NCBI GenBank assembly: GCA_040954595.2
Contig: CM082584.2
Coordinates: forward strand, 2,635,344-2,699,343
Direction: 5' to 3'
Length of the DNA stretch: 64,000 nucleotides
Origin: Balanoglossus misakiensis
Lineage: Eukaryota; Animalia; Hemichordata
Each line of letters starts with the position of its first letter. Position 1 is the first letter of the stretch. The position numbers and the translations under genes were made by a program. The notes beneath the pieces are model-generated. The model had not been told where the DNA came from, searched no databases, and worked only from the letters and a program-made list of their open reading frames with translations. This document shows, one piece after another, positions 52,919 to 64,000 of this stretch.

Positions 52919-55241
52919 ATGTTTCTACTGCCAAGAAATTAAAATTACATTGCATGATGTTGCCACTTTTGTAATTTGTGTTATTGAAATGACTGTATTT
53001 TTGAAAACAATTAATTGTATAAATGCATAATTTTGTAAACTTCCAATTGTCAAAAAGCTAAAATAAAAATGGCATGAAATTGAAATAAATGACTCCTCAC
53101 AACTGACCACTATTTGAGATTATCAAATTTTTATTACAAAGAACTAAAAAATTCATATAAAATTACATTCAATTCATGATTATTATAACAATGCACAAAA
53201 CTCTCTCTCAACTTTATCAACCCCGAACCCACACAATCCAACCCCATACCCATTAACAAATCAACTCCCATAATTTATAAATAATGATAAAAGAAAATAA
53301 CACTGGAATCCAATTTGGCGAAAGAAATGATTGCTGTATTTAAATAATATATGAAACCAAGTTTATTATAAAAAAAAATTAAATGACACTCAATATTTTG
53401 CCAACAAATAAAAATTAATCGTAAAAGAATAAATAAACCTAAAAGATAATAAAAATGTAATTAAAGCATAAAATAAAAGTAAAACATTGCACCTGAAGTG
53501 TTAGTTGAATAGGTTTCTAAATAGGAAAAAAAAATGTGTCATGATTTTAAACAAATGAAATTCGGAAATGATCATAATTTGAATTTTTATCACATGATTG
53601 GCTGGAATAATGTTTCAATGTTGGGTTATAATATAAAACGTAATTCATTTGTTTCATTCCTATTTAGAAACCTTCAAATAATTTTTCAATAAAAATATAA
53701 TTAAAAAAATATATAAATTCTGTTGATTAGAATATAGAAAATCAATAATCTCCTCAGCTGGTCAGCAAGTACAGTGGCAGTAGTTTTCAGTGACAGCTGC
53801 TCCTCAAGAGGACTAAACATAATTGAAAAAAAGATACACACAAAAACGAGATTAAATCATGGAAAGTAAAAAAAAAGAATAGAGATACATGGTAAACTAA
53901 TAGATAAACTGTGAAATATGACCAAAAAAAGATTTTTTTTTATAAATCAATAAAATCTGTAGCCACTGTAATTCAATTGTGTACTGTGCAGTGTATTTCT
54001 GTTTTGCCAATACTGTGTTTTGTGCACAGTTAATATGATAGACAAGGGGAATGGGTGTTTGAATTTGAAATACACTAATAATTTTACTGTTGCATTTCAA
54101 ATTCAAACACTTCTGTAATAGCCCCTTATAAATCATGCACACTGTGCAGTAATTCCAGGAGCTTGGATTTGTTTGTTGCCCGTCGTAGTTGTGTATGCAG
54201 TGATGTTCTGTATGTTAACGGTAGTGTCTGAATTATGTCGTTGCATTCGTGTCGAAGTGTGGCATTTGTTTTTTTTTCTTCTCTTTCAATTTCTGCTCTT
54301 TCTTTTTCTGTAACAAGTAGTATTTTTTTTGCCAGTGCCTGGAGACTTACCTTGGCAGATGATACTTACCAGGGAACGTCTTTTTTCTTCGGCATTGATG
54401 TTATAATTGCCAATGTGTCTATCCATAGCATCTCCTGAGATGGTAATAGGAGACCGACCATCCTGATACTTGACATAAGATGTCTGTCTCAGTCGTCCCC
54501 TGAAACCCGTCAAGTCGTTAGAGTAGCCTGGGCGGCTACGTTCCAACGACTCGGGGTTTACAAGGCTAACGACTGAGAAGACTATCTTTCTCAGACTGGC
54601 CAGGGCATCATGCCTGCTACAGATGACAACCCACTTACCTGAATCGGGCACTGGAGGAGCTCAGGCCTTGTTGTTTTAGTCGTACTCCTCCAGGACGGCG
54701 TCCGCACCTTGATGGGCATCAGGCCTACCAGATCGTGAAATGGCCTCGTACTTCTCCAGAGTTTGGAGAAGTATTGGTGGATACCGGGCACGGTCGGTCT
54801 CGTCATAGACATCAATCATTTGGTAAGTGGGGTGATTCCGACCGTGCCACAGGGTGCGAAGGAGATGTCGTCAAGCCCGTAGGTAAGTGGGTGAATTGAA
54901 GCTCGTGCCCTGTCGAAAGAGGAAAATTCCTTGTAAATGTTGTAGAAGAATATTGTAAATGAAATTCATGTGAGAGTCTGTCACTGCTGCTGCATTCAAC
55001 CAGCCAAAAAACAAACTGGTGGATGCATCAGCAGTGGGATTACTCACATCATGCACATGAAATTCCTGTAGCAATTCGCTCCACAGACAATCTCTGAATT
55101 TGCAAAGAAGGTCAAATGAAATGTGATGATCAGAACACTTCTTCACACATTCTAGAGATCTGCCTCAGGAGAATCCCTGAGATATAGCAAAGTCCCTGTA
55201 AATCCCAATACATAGAAACAAATACACGGGTTTCATAAGTC

Positions 55242-55258
55242 TAGCGCCCTCTTGTGGC
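55242..55258 (-). promoter_or_regulatory. CTCF-like motif in left TIR
   Basis: Reverse complement GCCACAAGAGGGCGCTA closely matches the CTCF core CCAC/GYAGRKGGCGCTA; binding not shown. Confidence 0.5.
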
Positions 55259-55814
55259 TATCATGAATTTGACCTCAAAGCGAGGCCACTGGGTGTACGC
55301 CCCTGATGAGTTGATGACAGCTCATTAACACAGGCTCAGCGGTTTGTTGACGGAAGTGGCGACGCCGATAAAACTTTTCAAGGTAAGAATTTCTCGAATT
55401 CGCAGCTGTATTTTTGTTTTCAGTCATATTTTAAGCACCTTCTTGTTTAGCTTCTGAGATATTATAGCAAAAAAAGTGTGAATTTTTGCGATCTCAAATT
55501 TTTTTTTTGGAGCGACCGATATAGCGCACGGTTAGCTGGAAAGCCGGCATTCTGGTCAAAGGCACGTATCGATCGATCGACTCAGCGAAAAAAAATCAAA
55601 GTTTACTTTCAGTTTTTGTTACCTTAATTATGATCGAGCCCATAGCCGAACTGCTAAGGGGTGTTATTCACCGAAACTTTATGAATGAGAGCTTTTAAAA
55701 GTTTTAGTTTTATTGCAGACCTTCTGCAGCCTATATTCCTCTTGCATTTGTATTCATGTTCAATGCTTCACAGAGTAAAAAAAATGTAATTGACATGCTG
55801 GATTTTTACACAGA

Positions 55815-57913
55815 ATGGATGTCACCGTCAGTAATGTATCTCTCAGTGAAGATGATATCCCAGGAGCCAGCTTTGATGGTATTGATCCAGCAACGCTGAA
55901 AAAGGACAGGCTCCAATTTTGGTTAAGATGTAGGGGTGACACCCTGAAGAACTTAAAAACAAAGGCACAGTTGTTGACAAGGCAAGTAGGGGCTGGGTAA
56001 ATTGTTTTTACGTGTTCCATTTGGTTTTGTTGATCAAACAATATAATAATAAATTATGGTCAAATAAATGAAAATGCATGTATTGCAAATAATACTATTA
56101 AAATAACAATATTGAAACATTTGTTTTTTTCTGTAGAATAAAGGTGTACATGGAAAATGGAACTGATGCAAAAATTGTTGATCCAGATCCAAACAAAAGC
56201 TATACTAAGATGAAGATACAGAAAATGAAGGCACTATCATCAGGCCAAACTCCAGCAAATGTCATGTCAGCTCCTGTAGCACCTGTTGGACTGTCCACTT
56301 CTTACCCAAAAGATGGGTGGGGCACGTCGTTGCTAGGATTGCCTTTGTTCACTAGAGCACATATAAATATCCATCTCTCAAAAACAGGGAAGCAAGGAAA
56401 AGGGGATGCTGAGGATAATCACCCAACTAATCAGCAACGGGGAAAAGTGTTCTTTGAAGAAAAATATATCCATGATGTTATGACAAATAAAGACACAAAA
56501 TACTTTTATTTTACAGCAAGGTGTAACCATAGCTACAAAAAACATGCAGAGCCACATAGACTGAAACTAAAGCTTGATCTTCTGGATGGTAATGTTGTAC
56601 ATGCTAACTGTACCTGTAAAGCCGGACTTGTAGGCTACTGTAATCATACCCTTGCATTATTATTTCTGATTTCACAATGCTCTTTATTTGATTTAGAGGA
56701 TGTTCAAGAGTTTGTAAATATTCACTCAAACATTACTTCTCCAACCTCTAGATTACAAGTGTGGCACCATAGAAACAGAGGTTTGGGGGTTTTGCCAGAA
56801 CCTGTTACAAGTTTGGCCATTCGCAAAGTTAAAGTTGATAGTGGTGAGTCAAAATATGCTGTGACTTCAGCATTGTATGATGCCAGAAGAAATCCAAATC
56901 ATGACAACAGTGCTGAAAAAAAGTTCAGAGAAAGTCTGAACCAAAAAAATCCACTGTTTGGGTTTGCGCAGTGCCAGGTCATGCCTGATGTATCATTAGT
57001 TGATACCAAATTTGGTAAAGTGCCAAATGGCTCAATTTTAAGCTATCAAACACGACACACAGAGTGTAGTTATTCTGTCTTTTGTGACATATCATCAGTA
57101 CCAAGACTGCCATCTTATAATTTGTTAATAGATTTAAATTCTTTTCCTAATTTACCATACAAAGAAACCCCTATATATGACATTAAAATCAACAATGAAC
57201 AGGAACATGCATGGTTTCAATCAATCAAATGTAACAAAGACAGAGAAAATATGATTGAAGCAGAGACAAGAAAGCAGTCTGTCAGTGATAAGTGGTTTCT
57301 GTATAGAAAACCAAGGCTGACTGCATCAAATTTTCACGATGTATGTATAACAAAAAGAAATCACGATGCCCTGTGTAATAGCTTATTTAATTCTGAAAGT
57401 TTTACAAGCAGATATACTGATCATGGCAAAAAATATGAAAGTGAGGGGTTGATAAAATATGCCAAATACATGAATGACACAGATAATTATGTATCTCTAC
57501 ACAAATGTGGTCTAGTTATAAACCCCTCGTATTGTTTTCTTGGTGGTACACCGGATTCGAAAGTGGTCGATAGAAAATCATCTGAGCCATATGGTATTGT
57601 AGAAGTTAAATGCCCAGAAACAAAGAAAAATGTCACTCCGTTGGATGCATGCCTTGATCCAACATTTTATTGTTATGATGACAATGGGCAGCCAAGGTTG
57701 AAAGTTTATCACAGATATTATCAGCAAATTCAGGGACAAATGGCAGTGTGTGGGCTGACTTGGTGCGATTTTGTTATATATACATTTAAAGGGCTCAGCA
57801 TTGAGAGAATCATATTTGACAGTGTATATTGGCAAGAAATGTTGACAAAACTGGATGTTTTTTTTACCGAACATTACATGCCATTTATCGTGACGAGAGA
57901 ACAAAGTGCTTAA
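55815..57913 (+). CDS. SWIM zinc finger + YqaJ-like (lambda exonuclease fold) nuclease, ~647 aa, two coding exons 55815-55981 and 56137-57913
   Basis: CTCKAGLVGYCNH (SWIM); RLTASNF, GGTPD, EVKCP, YYQQIQGQM, WCDF (YqaJ). A GC-AG intron (AG|gcaagt...ctgtag|) joins KAQLLT-R-IKVYMENG in frame. AATAAA at ~57992. Confidence 0.9.
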
Positions 57914-58074
57914 CCATATTTTTATTGAATGTAGTTGATAAATGTAGTTGATGTTTTAAAAGATGTAAAATGCATGCATGGTTGAAATGCAAATAAAAGA
58001 CGTATTCATCAATTTAATATTTTATTTTATTATTCACATTACAGCTGTGCCACATCAAAGAACAGACAAAATCC

Positions 58075-59721
58075 TCATGCACTTATTATAGGATTCTGTA
58101 CATTACACAATAGTGCACTTACAGTCCACATTTCATTTACAATATTAAAAAGTGATATAGGGACAACTCTGTCCCAGATATGAAAAATCTTAACTTTATT
58201 AATTGCCCTTTCTACATGTATGCGCTCAGCAGCAATTTTTTGTGTTTCTATAACATCTTCTGCACTCATTTGGTCACGTTTCTCTAGAAATGGTGGAATA
58301 TTCAGAGACACACCTTTAGGCCTCAAGAGGTCAGCTATGGTGAATCCCTTGTCTGCCATTACAGAGTCACCGTGGTCAAATGGCATATCCAGTAACCCTG
58401 ATCTACATTCAATTTCTCTGTCAGATATGGAGCCAGTATATAAACTGCTGACAAATGTTACAGCTCCACTTGGAGCTATGCCTATTAGCCCCTTAAGTGT
58501 TACATGGTTTTTGTAATTAGACAATAATTGTGAATGTAAAATCAATGAACTGGGCATTTCCACCCTAATTTCTGAACAATCAATTATGATGCAGGTACTT
58601 GGGTACTTCACTGTAAATGATGCAGGCATGTTTCTTGTGATACTGGCTTTGTCTTGCCAAATATTAAGGTGACCCAGTTTCAAGTAAAGGTAATTTATCC
58701 AAGTTATAAATATTCTGCTTACAGTTGACATTGAAATGTTAAACAGAAATGCCAGGTGACGCTCAAAGAAACCCTGCCTTAAACGACACAAAGTAAGAAG
58801 AAATTCATCAATTGGCCGTAGGGTCCGAGGGCGACCCATTTTCTTGTCTGCTTGGCTTTTATCAGTATCATGTAATTTATTTGTTGAATTCCAGTAGTTA
58901 ATATTTTCTCCCACTTTACCAGGGTCAATAAATTCAAAGACATCCATTAACGCCAGAAAATTTGGAAATCCTGTATAAGATGAAATTACCTCATCACTCT
59001 CTTTCATATTTTCAATGTTGAATTGATTACTTTTCAAATTCTTTATTTCTAAATCCTTTTTAATTAAATCCTCCCTCAATAGTTTTACTTTTTCTTTAAG
59101 CATTTCAATGGTTTTTGCATTTGAAAACTCTACATCAGCAATTTTGTTAATAAGTCTCTGGTTTTCAAAAGTAAGTCTTTCAATTTTTTCAAGGAGTTGC
59201 TGTTCATTCCTATGATTTCCAGATGAGATGCCCAGATGTTATTGGTCAACTTCATGACACCCAAGTGTCTGTTGATGAAGTACTTCAGTGCTTCCCAGCT
59301 GACATCTCTCGTGAAGGTCTCCTGTGGCGGAATCACTTACAGTAGACAATTTACCACTTGGATGCATGCTGTGATTTTCATTTACCTCCATCAAAGTATT
59401 TTTCTGTGGTGCTGTTCTTGGTGTTGGTAACTTTCGTGCTTGTTTTGTGGATGTCCATTTGAACTGTGATGGTACAGCATTCGGTTTGAGAAAATATTTA
59501 TTGGCAAGGGTTCTTGATATGTCCTCATCTGTGAAATGCCTTGAGCAAACCTTTGTGTGATGTGTTATTTTGAAAAATTTTCCTTCATCCCTCTTGATTT
59601 TTGTTATCCATTGTTTTCTTCGCATTTTATCGTTTGGAAAAGAAAAAAAGGAAATTTTCTCCCCATTCTCTCCTCTGTACCCAGCTCTTGTACAGAACGG
59701 TACACAACAGTTATGAACCAT
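58075..59721 (-). CDS. THAP + HTH + DDE_Tnp_4 (Harbinger/IS5-like) transposase with one in-frame stop
   Basis: MVHNCCVPFC..FP..W..VCSRHF..AVPS (THAP); YTGFPN and LAFLFNISMSTVSRIF (HTH); IIDCSE / MADKGF / RIHVERAI (DDE). ORFs 59239-59739 and 58075-59103 share a frame, separated only by TAA at 59239-59241. Confidence 0.9.
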
Positions 59722-60302
59722 GACTGAAAAAAAAAACATTCATTCCATTGAACATGAGCAGTTATCAAAAATTATCATAGAGATCACGGTCACCTTTTTA
59801 GTACTAGTGTACAATCTGACAGTTTTATATTCACAGTCCCTTCGAAACTTTTATTCAGTACTGAAAATGCACACCACAATATCACATTATGGCATAATGC
59901 CACCTTGAGACTAAATAGTACCACAAATTATAGTTTTATTTACTGTATATCGACTTTTATTTTTTTTTTCGCTGAGTCGATCGAAGTAACAGTTACACTA
60001 AAACCCAAGTAACCGTATCGCGTGCTCTTTTTCGGTCGCTCCAAAAAAAAATTTTGAGATCGCAAAAATTGAAAGAAATTCACACTTTTTTTGCTATAAT
60101 ATCTCAGAAGCTAAACAAGAAGGTGCTTAAAATATGACTGAAAACAAAAATACAGCTGCGAATTCGAGAAATTCTTACCTTGAAAAGTTTTATCGGCGTC
60201 GCCACTTCCGTCAACAAACCGCTGAGCCTGTGTTTACGAGCTGTCATCAACTCATCAGGGGCGTACACCCAGTGGCCTCGCTTTGAGGTCAAATTCATGA
60301 TA

Positions 60303-60319
60303 GCCACAAGAGGGCGCTA
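60303..60319 (+). promoter_or_regulatory. CTCF-like motif in right TIR
   Basis: GCCACAAGAGGGCGCTA. Confidence 0.5.
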
Positions 60320-61992
60320 GACTTATGAAACCTGTGTATGATTTGACTGCATTGATTTCTTCATGTAAAAGGCCCGTCCTTAAAACAACCCATGAAAATA
60401 TTCCCTCATGATCTTCTGATAAAATTTTCCGAATAATTACATATGGCAAGCCATCACACCTGATTATAACCCATTCCATATATGTACAATAATCTCCACT
60501 GCCCTCGTCATGATTAAAATATTGTTTGATTTTTGCAAGTTTACCAATGTGATTAAGAATTTCTTTCACTGATTTGAAACAATTAGGATTTACAAAAATA
60601 GGAGACATAACATAAATATTTGCTTTATTTGCTTGTTTTGGGGGCTTTTTAACAATTCTGGAAGTTTACTTTCCCATGTGAGCAACCTTTACTTCACCAA
60701 CACACTCATGCAAAATGGTTCCCTTCGAATGCCACAACCTCGACACTTAGCAATTCTCGATTTACCCTTCGTGTGGGTGAAACCACACTTGGGGCAAATC
60801 TCGATGCTGTCAGTCTGTTGTTTTTGTTGTAAGTATGTGTCAATAGAGTCAGTCTGTGGTGCATTTTCTACATTGATAGTGGCTACAGAAGATAAAATTA
60901 AATCATCAACATAAGAAGCAATGGACTCTTTGACAACTGAATCAAACTCATCATACTTGCTGCCCTCTGTATTGGAAACATCTGTCTCTGAAACCTTCTG
61001 CCACTGACTTGGCTTCAACCCAGAATCATATTGCAGTGATGATTCTGGGTCCAGCTGAGAAGCAATAATGTTAGTAAAATATCCAAAGTAACTGAATTAC
61101 CATTTCTGTTAATGTAATTTTTAGAAAGATGTTGTTCATTATCAAAAGAAAATTCAACTCACCCCTCAGGTGCATCTGGAAAATCAAAATTACCTTTGAA
61201 AAGAATATTGTTAATGACATCATAACATGGGCCTGCTGTTACGTGGCCCATGAGATCAACTGCCAGGCGACTTCTGGTCAAACTAAATAAAATAACTTGA
61301 ATTGCAGAAATAAAACTACTCACAAACTTAGGATTCCTGGCAGTATAAAGAAGTTCAACGGCATGGGCAAGATATTGAGTGTTATTTTGGATTCCAGTAT
61401 TTGGCATACAAATCTCCTCAAGAAGGAAACCAAGACAAGATTCCATTATGACAATAGATTAGGTAAATCTATGTCTGATAAATTTTGAACAGACTACCTG
61501 TCTTGGTTTTGGCAGAGGAGATCTGCATGCCTGTAAATTTCTAAATTTTCTAATTTCCCAATTTCCCTTACAGCTTCCACCCTCTCTTCCCTTGTATTAA
61601 CCTCCCCCCGATTTCCCTTTTCAGTCTCTCAATTTCTTCCTCCAACTCTTTTATTTTCTCTTTGTCCTGAAAATAAAATAAAATACACATGTTATTCAGA
61701 AATGCCATTTTGATCATTTCAAGGCCCAAACTGACAGCATTTTCTTTGCATTGATTGTAGACCATTTCAATTACCTTGCTTCTGTCTTTCTCTTCGCCAG
61801 TCTTCTTTTGATTTTTTTTCATGTTCACACTCCTGAAATAAATGCAACAGTTTTAAAACATTATATTATTATTCGCTCATGTAAGTAAGACCAGTAGAAC
61901 AATTTCAATTAATTCTGAATAGAAAAAAATTGTTACTGACAACTGGACAAAAAACTACTTAATCTGTAGTGTATTATTTGAACATGATTACC

Positions 61993-62142
61993 TTTATTTT
62001 ATTTTCATCCAAATCAAGTCACAACAAACTGTCCTTGTAACTTTTATACTCATGTGTATCACTACAATTTCATTTAATCTCTATATTATAAAAGTTACAA
62101 GGAGAGTTTGTTGTGACTTGATTTGGATGAAAATAAAATAAA
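61993..62142. repeat. 150-bp hairpin with 56-bp arms (one mismatch)
   Basis: tttattttattttcatccaaatcaagtcacaacaaactgtccttgtaacttttata versus its reverse complement at 62087-62142. Confidence 0.85.
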
Positions 62143-62697
62143 CATCTTCGACAAAGCTTCAAAAATTAAGCTTGTTTAAAGGTTTGTTTAGTAAAGCATT
62201 GTTGATTTTTTTTCACCAAGCTTTGAAGACGCTTGGCCAAAGATTGGAATTATAAGGTTTCTCAAAGGTCAGTACAGCTTAGGTTCAACTAAGGCTAGTA
62301 ATAAGAAGCTTCAGCGAAGGTTGGCACACGACACGACCCCTTCAGCAAAGGTCGGCACGCAAACTCTTGTAGCAAGCTTCAGCACAAAGCTTTTTGCAAC
62401 ATTGTTCCAAGCTTTGTCCAAGGTACTGCACAATCGCGTGTGTAGAAGGTGCCAAATACAGGCGTTGCATGTATGATAAGGCTGGGCAAATTCAAAATTA
62501 TGTTTGACGTCAGCGTGCGCCTAGGTTTACGAGAAATTTCGCAAATACAAACAAATATGCAAATGAGGTCAAACGGGGTCATTGATGTCATATGTCTGTT
62601 CGTCTCACTATGTCCTCCTATCGACCGTGGTTGTTGCATGACGAGAACGTGTCGTCTGTAGGTTTCAAAGTCGCCTGTGGGTAAAATTGGAGAAAGA

Positions 62698-64000
62698 TGG
62701 CAAAAGATGTTCATAAAATGAGAGTACGCGAAATTATAAGTTGCAGAGTTACACAGAACAAGAAGGTGGCAATAGATTGGTATGCCTTCGAAGTCAGTCC
62801 AAATGACAGCTTCGCTGCGCTGTACAAAGGGCTAGTTCTCCTTAGTCAGACTAAACACGATCGGTTCAAAACAAAAATTGCAAAAGATGGCAGAACGTCT
62901 TGTTACCTGTTACAGTCGGAAAAATGTGGTGAAGGTGAGAAGATAGAGGTGTGTCCACGATTGTCTATCGCAAAAACGTGTGATCGGTTCCACAAGTATT
63001 ACATTCTTTTTGATGTAAAATCAAAAGGAGACGAAAATACCAACGCTGACGTAGTGCAAACTCAGAAAGATGTTAATAGACCAGTCAGAATTATGGAGGT
63101 ACCTCCATGGTCAGAATGAAAGGTGATTTCAAGGCTGTCCATGTGATCCAAGGTTAGTAAAACATTATTTTATTTACAATTTTGTTGTATGTCAGTGAAT
63201 AAATGTTGTGTATGACCATACTGCAGCCCAGAACAAGTTGTCTGAGCCAATTTTTTGCATTCCACATATAGACTGAAAACAAATTTGCTAAAATAAATTT
63301 TGTTTGAGTAGAATTACAAACTCTGATTTTTGTATCATTTAGTAGCACAGAACTTGGCACTATTCTGTTATAACTCTACAGCTTTGCCTTCTGTAGTGTT
63401 GGCCTAAGTAAGTACAGTTTATGCTGTAGTACCTGTAAAGTCATGTAAACATCCATTTAATTTATACTTTTTTCTTTGCAAAAGATCCTGTTCCGGATGA
63501 AAGTGGGGACCACTTTGAAAGGTTTACAGAAGTCCAAGGCAGACCAACACGTGAAATTAATTGCCCCAGCAGAAAGGGACTGGTACTTGATGCAGAAAAC
63601 ACCAACTTCAGGCTGAGTGGTGAAAAGTTGGAGCTGTGGACTGGTGCCCTGCATAGATTGCAAAAAGCCCGGGTATGGTAAAGCATTGTATACAGTACTA
63701 TATTGGACATTTTAATATCCATTGTAAATTGGATATTCCTTTCTCATTTGTCAATTTACCACACTGCAAGCCATACAATGTAGTAAATAATGTGTATTGT
63801 GAAAAAGTGAAGAGAAAGGGACTGAACCTCGTACACTGAGACATTAACAGTGTCTTGTTATGTGTTTTCTATGTATATGTACATGTATATTAAAAAATTA
63901 ATACAACTAAGACTTCTCTGTTTTTTATTTCTCTTTGATAGGTGTATTTATCTGCAAAGAGGCTTGATTCACAGCAAAAAAAACAGCAACTTCAGGTATT
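62698..64000 (+). pseudogene. Spliced gene of unknown function, divergent from the Academ-like gene, with a Cys-rich segment; frameshifted, runs off the window
   Basis: ATG at 62698, ~133-codon exon ending GAG|gtacct (~63098). Exon ~63485-63671 reads DPVPDESGDHFERFTEVQGRPTRE..CPS and, after a frameshift, VPCIDCKKP. Next acceptor tttgatag| at ~63941 gives CIY. Confidence 0.45.

Larger units (their letters stand above)
55224..60337. mobile_element. ISL2EU-type (PIF/Harbinger-ISL2EU group) DNA transposon, 5114 bp
   Basis: ~300-bp near-identical TIRs (55224-~55519 / ~60032-60337, extra similarity to ~55595/59961). AT duplication at 55222-23 and 60338-39. Encodes a THAP+DDE transposase and a SWIM+YqaJ protein, the established ISL2EU gene pair. 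Confidence 0.9.
54500..61830 (-). pseudogene. Decayed Academ-like DDE transposase gene, split by the ISL2EU-type insertion
   Basis: Ordered minus-strand motifs: SFDNEQ (~61140), CxxC..CxxC (~60740-60780), P.FVNPN, CDGLPY, GLLHEEIN | insertion | DHH, HGRNHPTYQ (~54830), SRSG..QGADAVLEE (~54700). These resemble Academ DNxD / DQPLY / GGLH / distal E. Many stops and frameshifts; short 5' exons ~61570-61830. Confidence 0.6.

Noticed and set aside
56144-57913. Phage or bacterial contamination / recent HGT of a YqaJ recombinase
   Set aside because: The gene has spliceosomal introns and a poly(A) signal and lies within eukaryotic TIRs beside a THAP transposase.

Overview
AT-rich eukaryotic genomic DNA with spliceosomal introns, probably from a marine invertebrate (inferred from the repeat repertoire). 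It consists mostly of transposable elements. Host-gene material is limited to one ankyrin-repeat exon (1176-1274, -), a probably pseudogenised C-type-lectin/mucin-stalk/TM receptor (~24.1-36.9 kb, +) and an isolated C-type-lectin exon (~38.4 kb, -). Mobile DNA includes three copies of one CR1-group LINE, degraded L2-like LINEs, a shattered chromodomain-bearing Gypsy element with one LTR, several TIR elements/MITEs (Kolobok-, CACTA-, Harbinger- and Tc1/pogo-like), and 146-bp and ~525-bp tandem arrays. Two structures stand out. (1) A young 5.1-kb ISL2EU-type DNA transposon (55224-60337) carries convergent THAP-DDE transposase and SWIM-YqaJ nuclease genes. Each ~300-bp TIR holds a CTCF-like motif, an ETS-like motif and a 5' splice donor, suggesting each TIR is the promoter and first exon of one gene. 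It sits inside a decayed Academ-like transposase gene. (2) A 7.7-kb Russian-doll nest of five Helentron/HINE-like elements (24485-32215), each inserted just behind the 5' hairpin of a relative. Family names come from motif recognition only; no database search was run.
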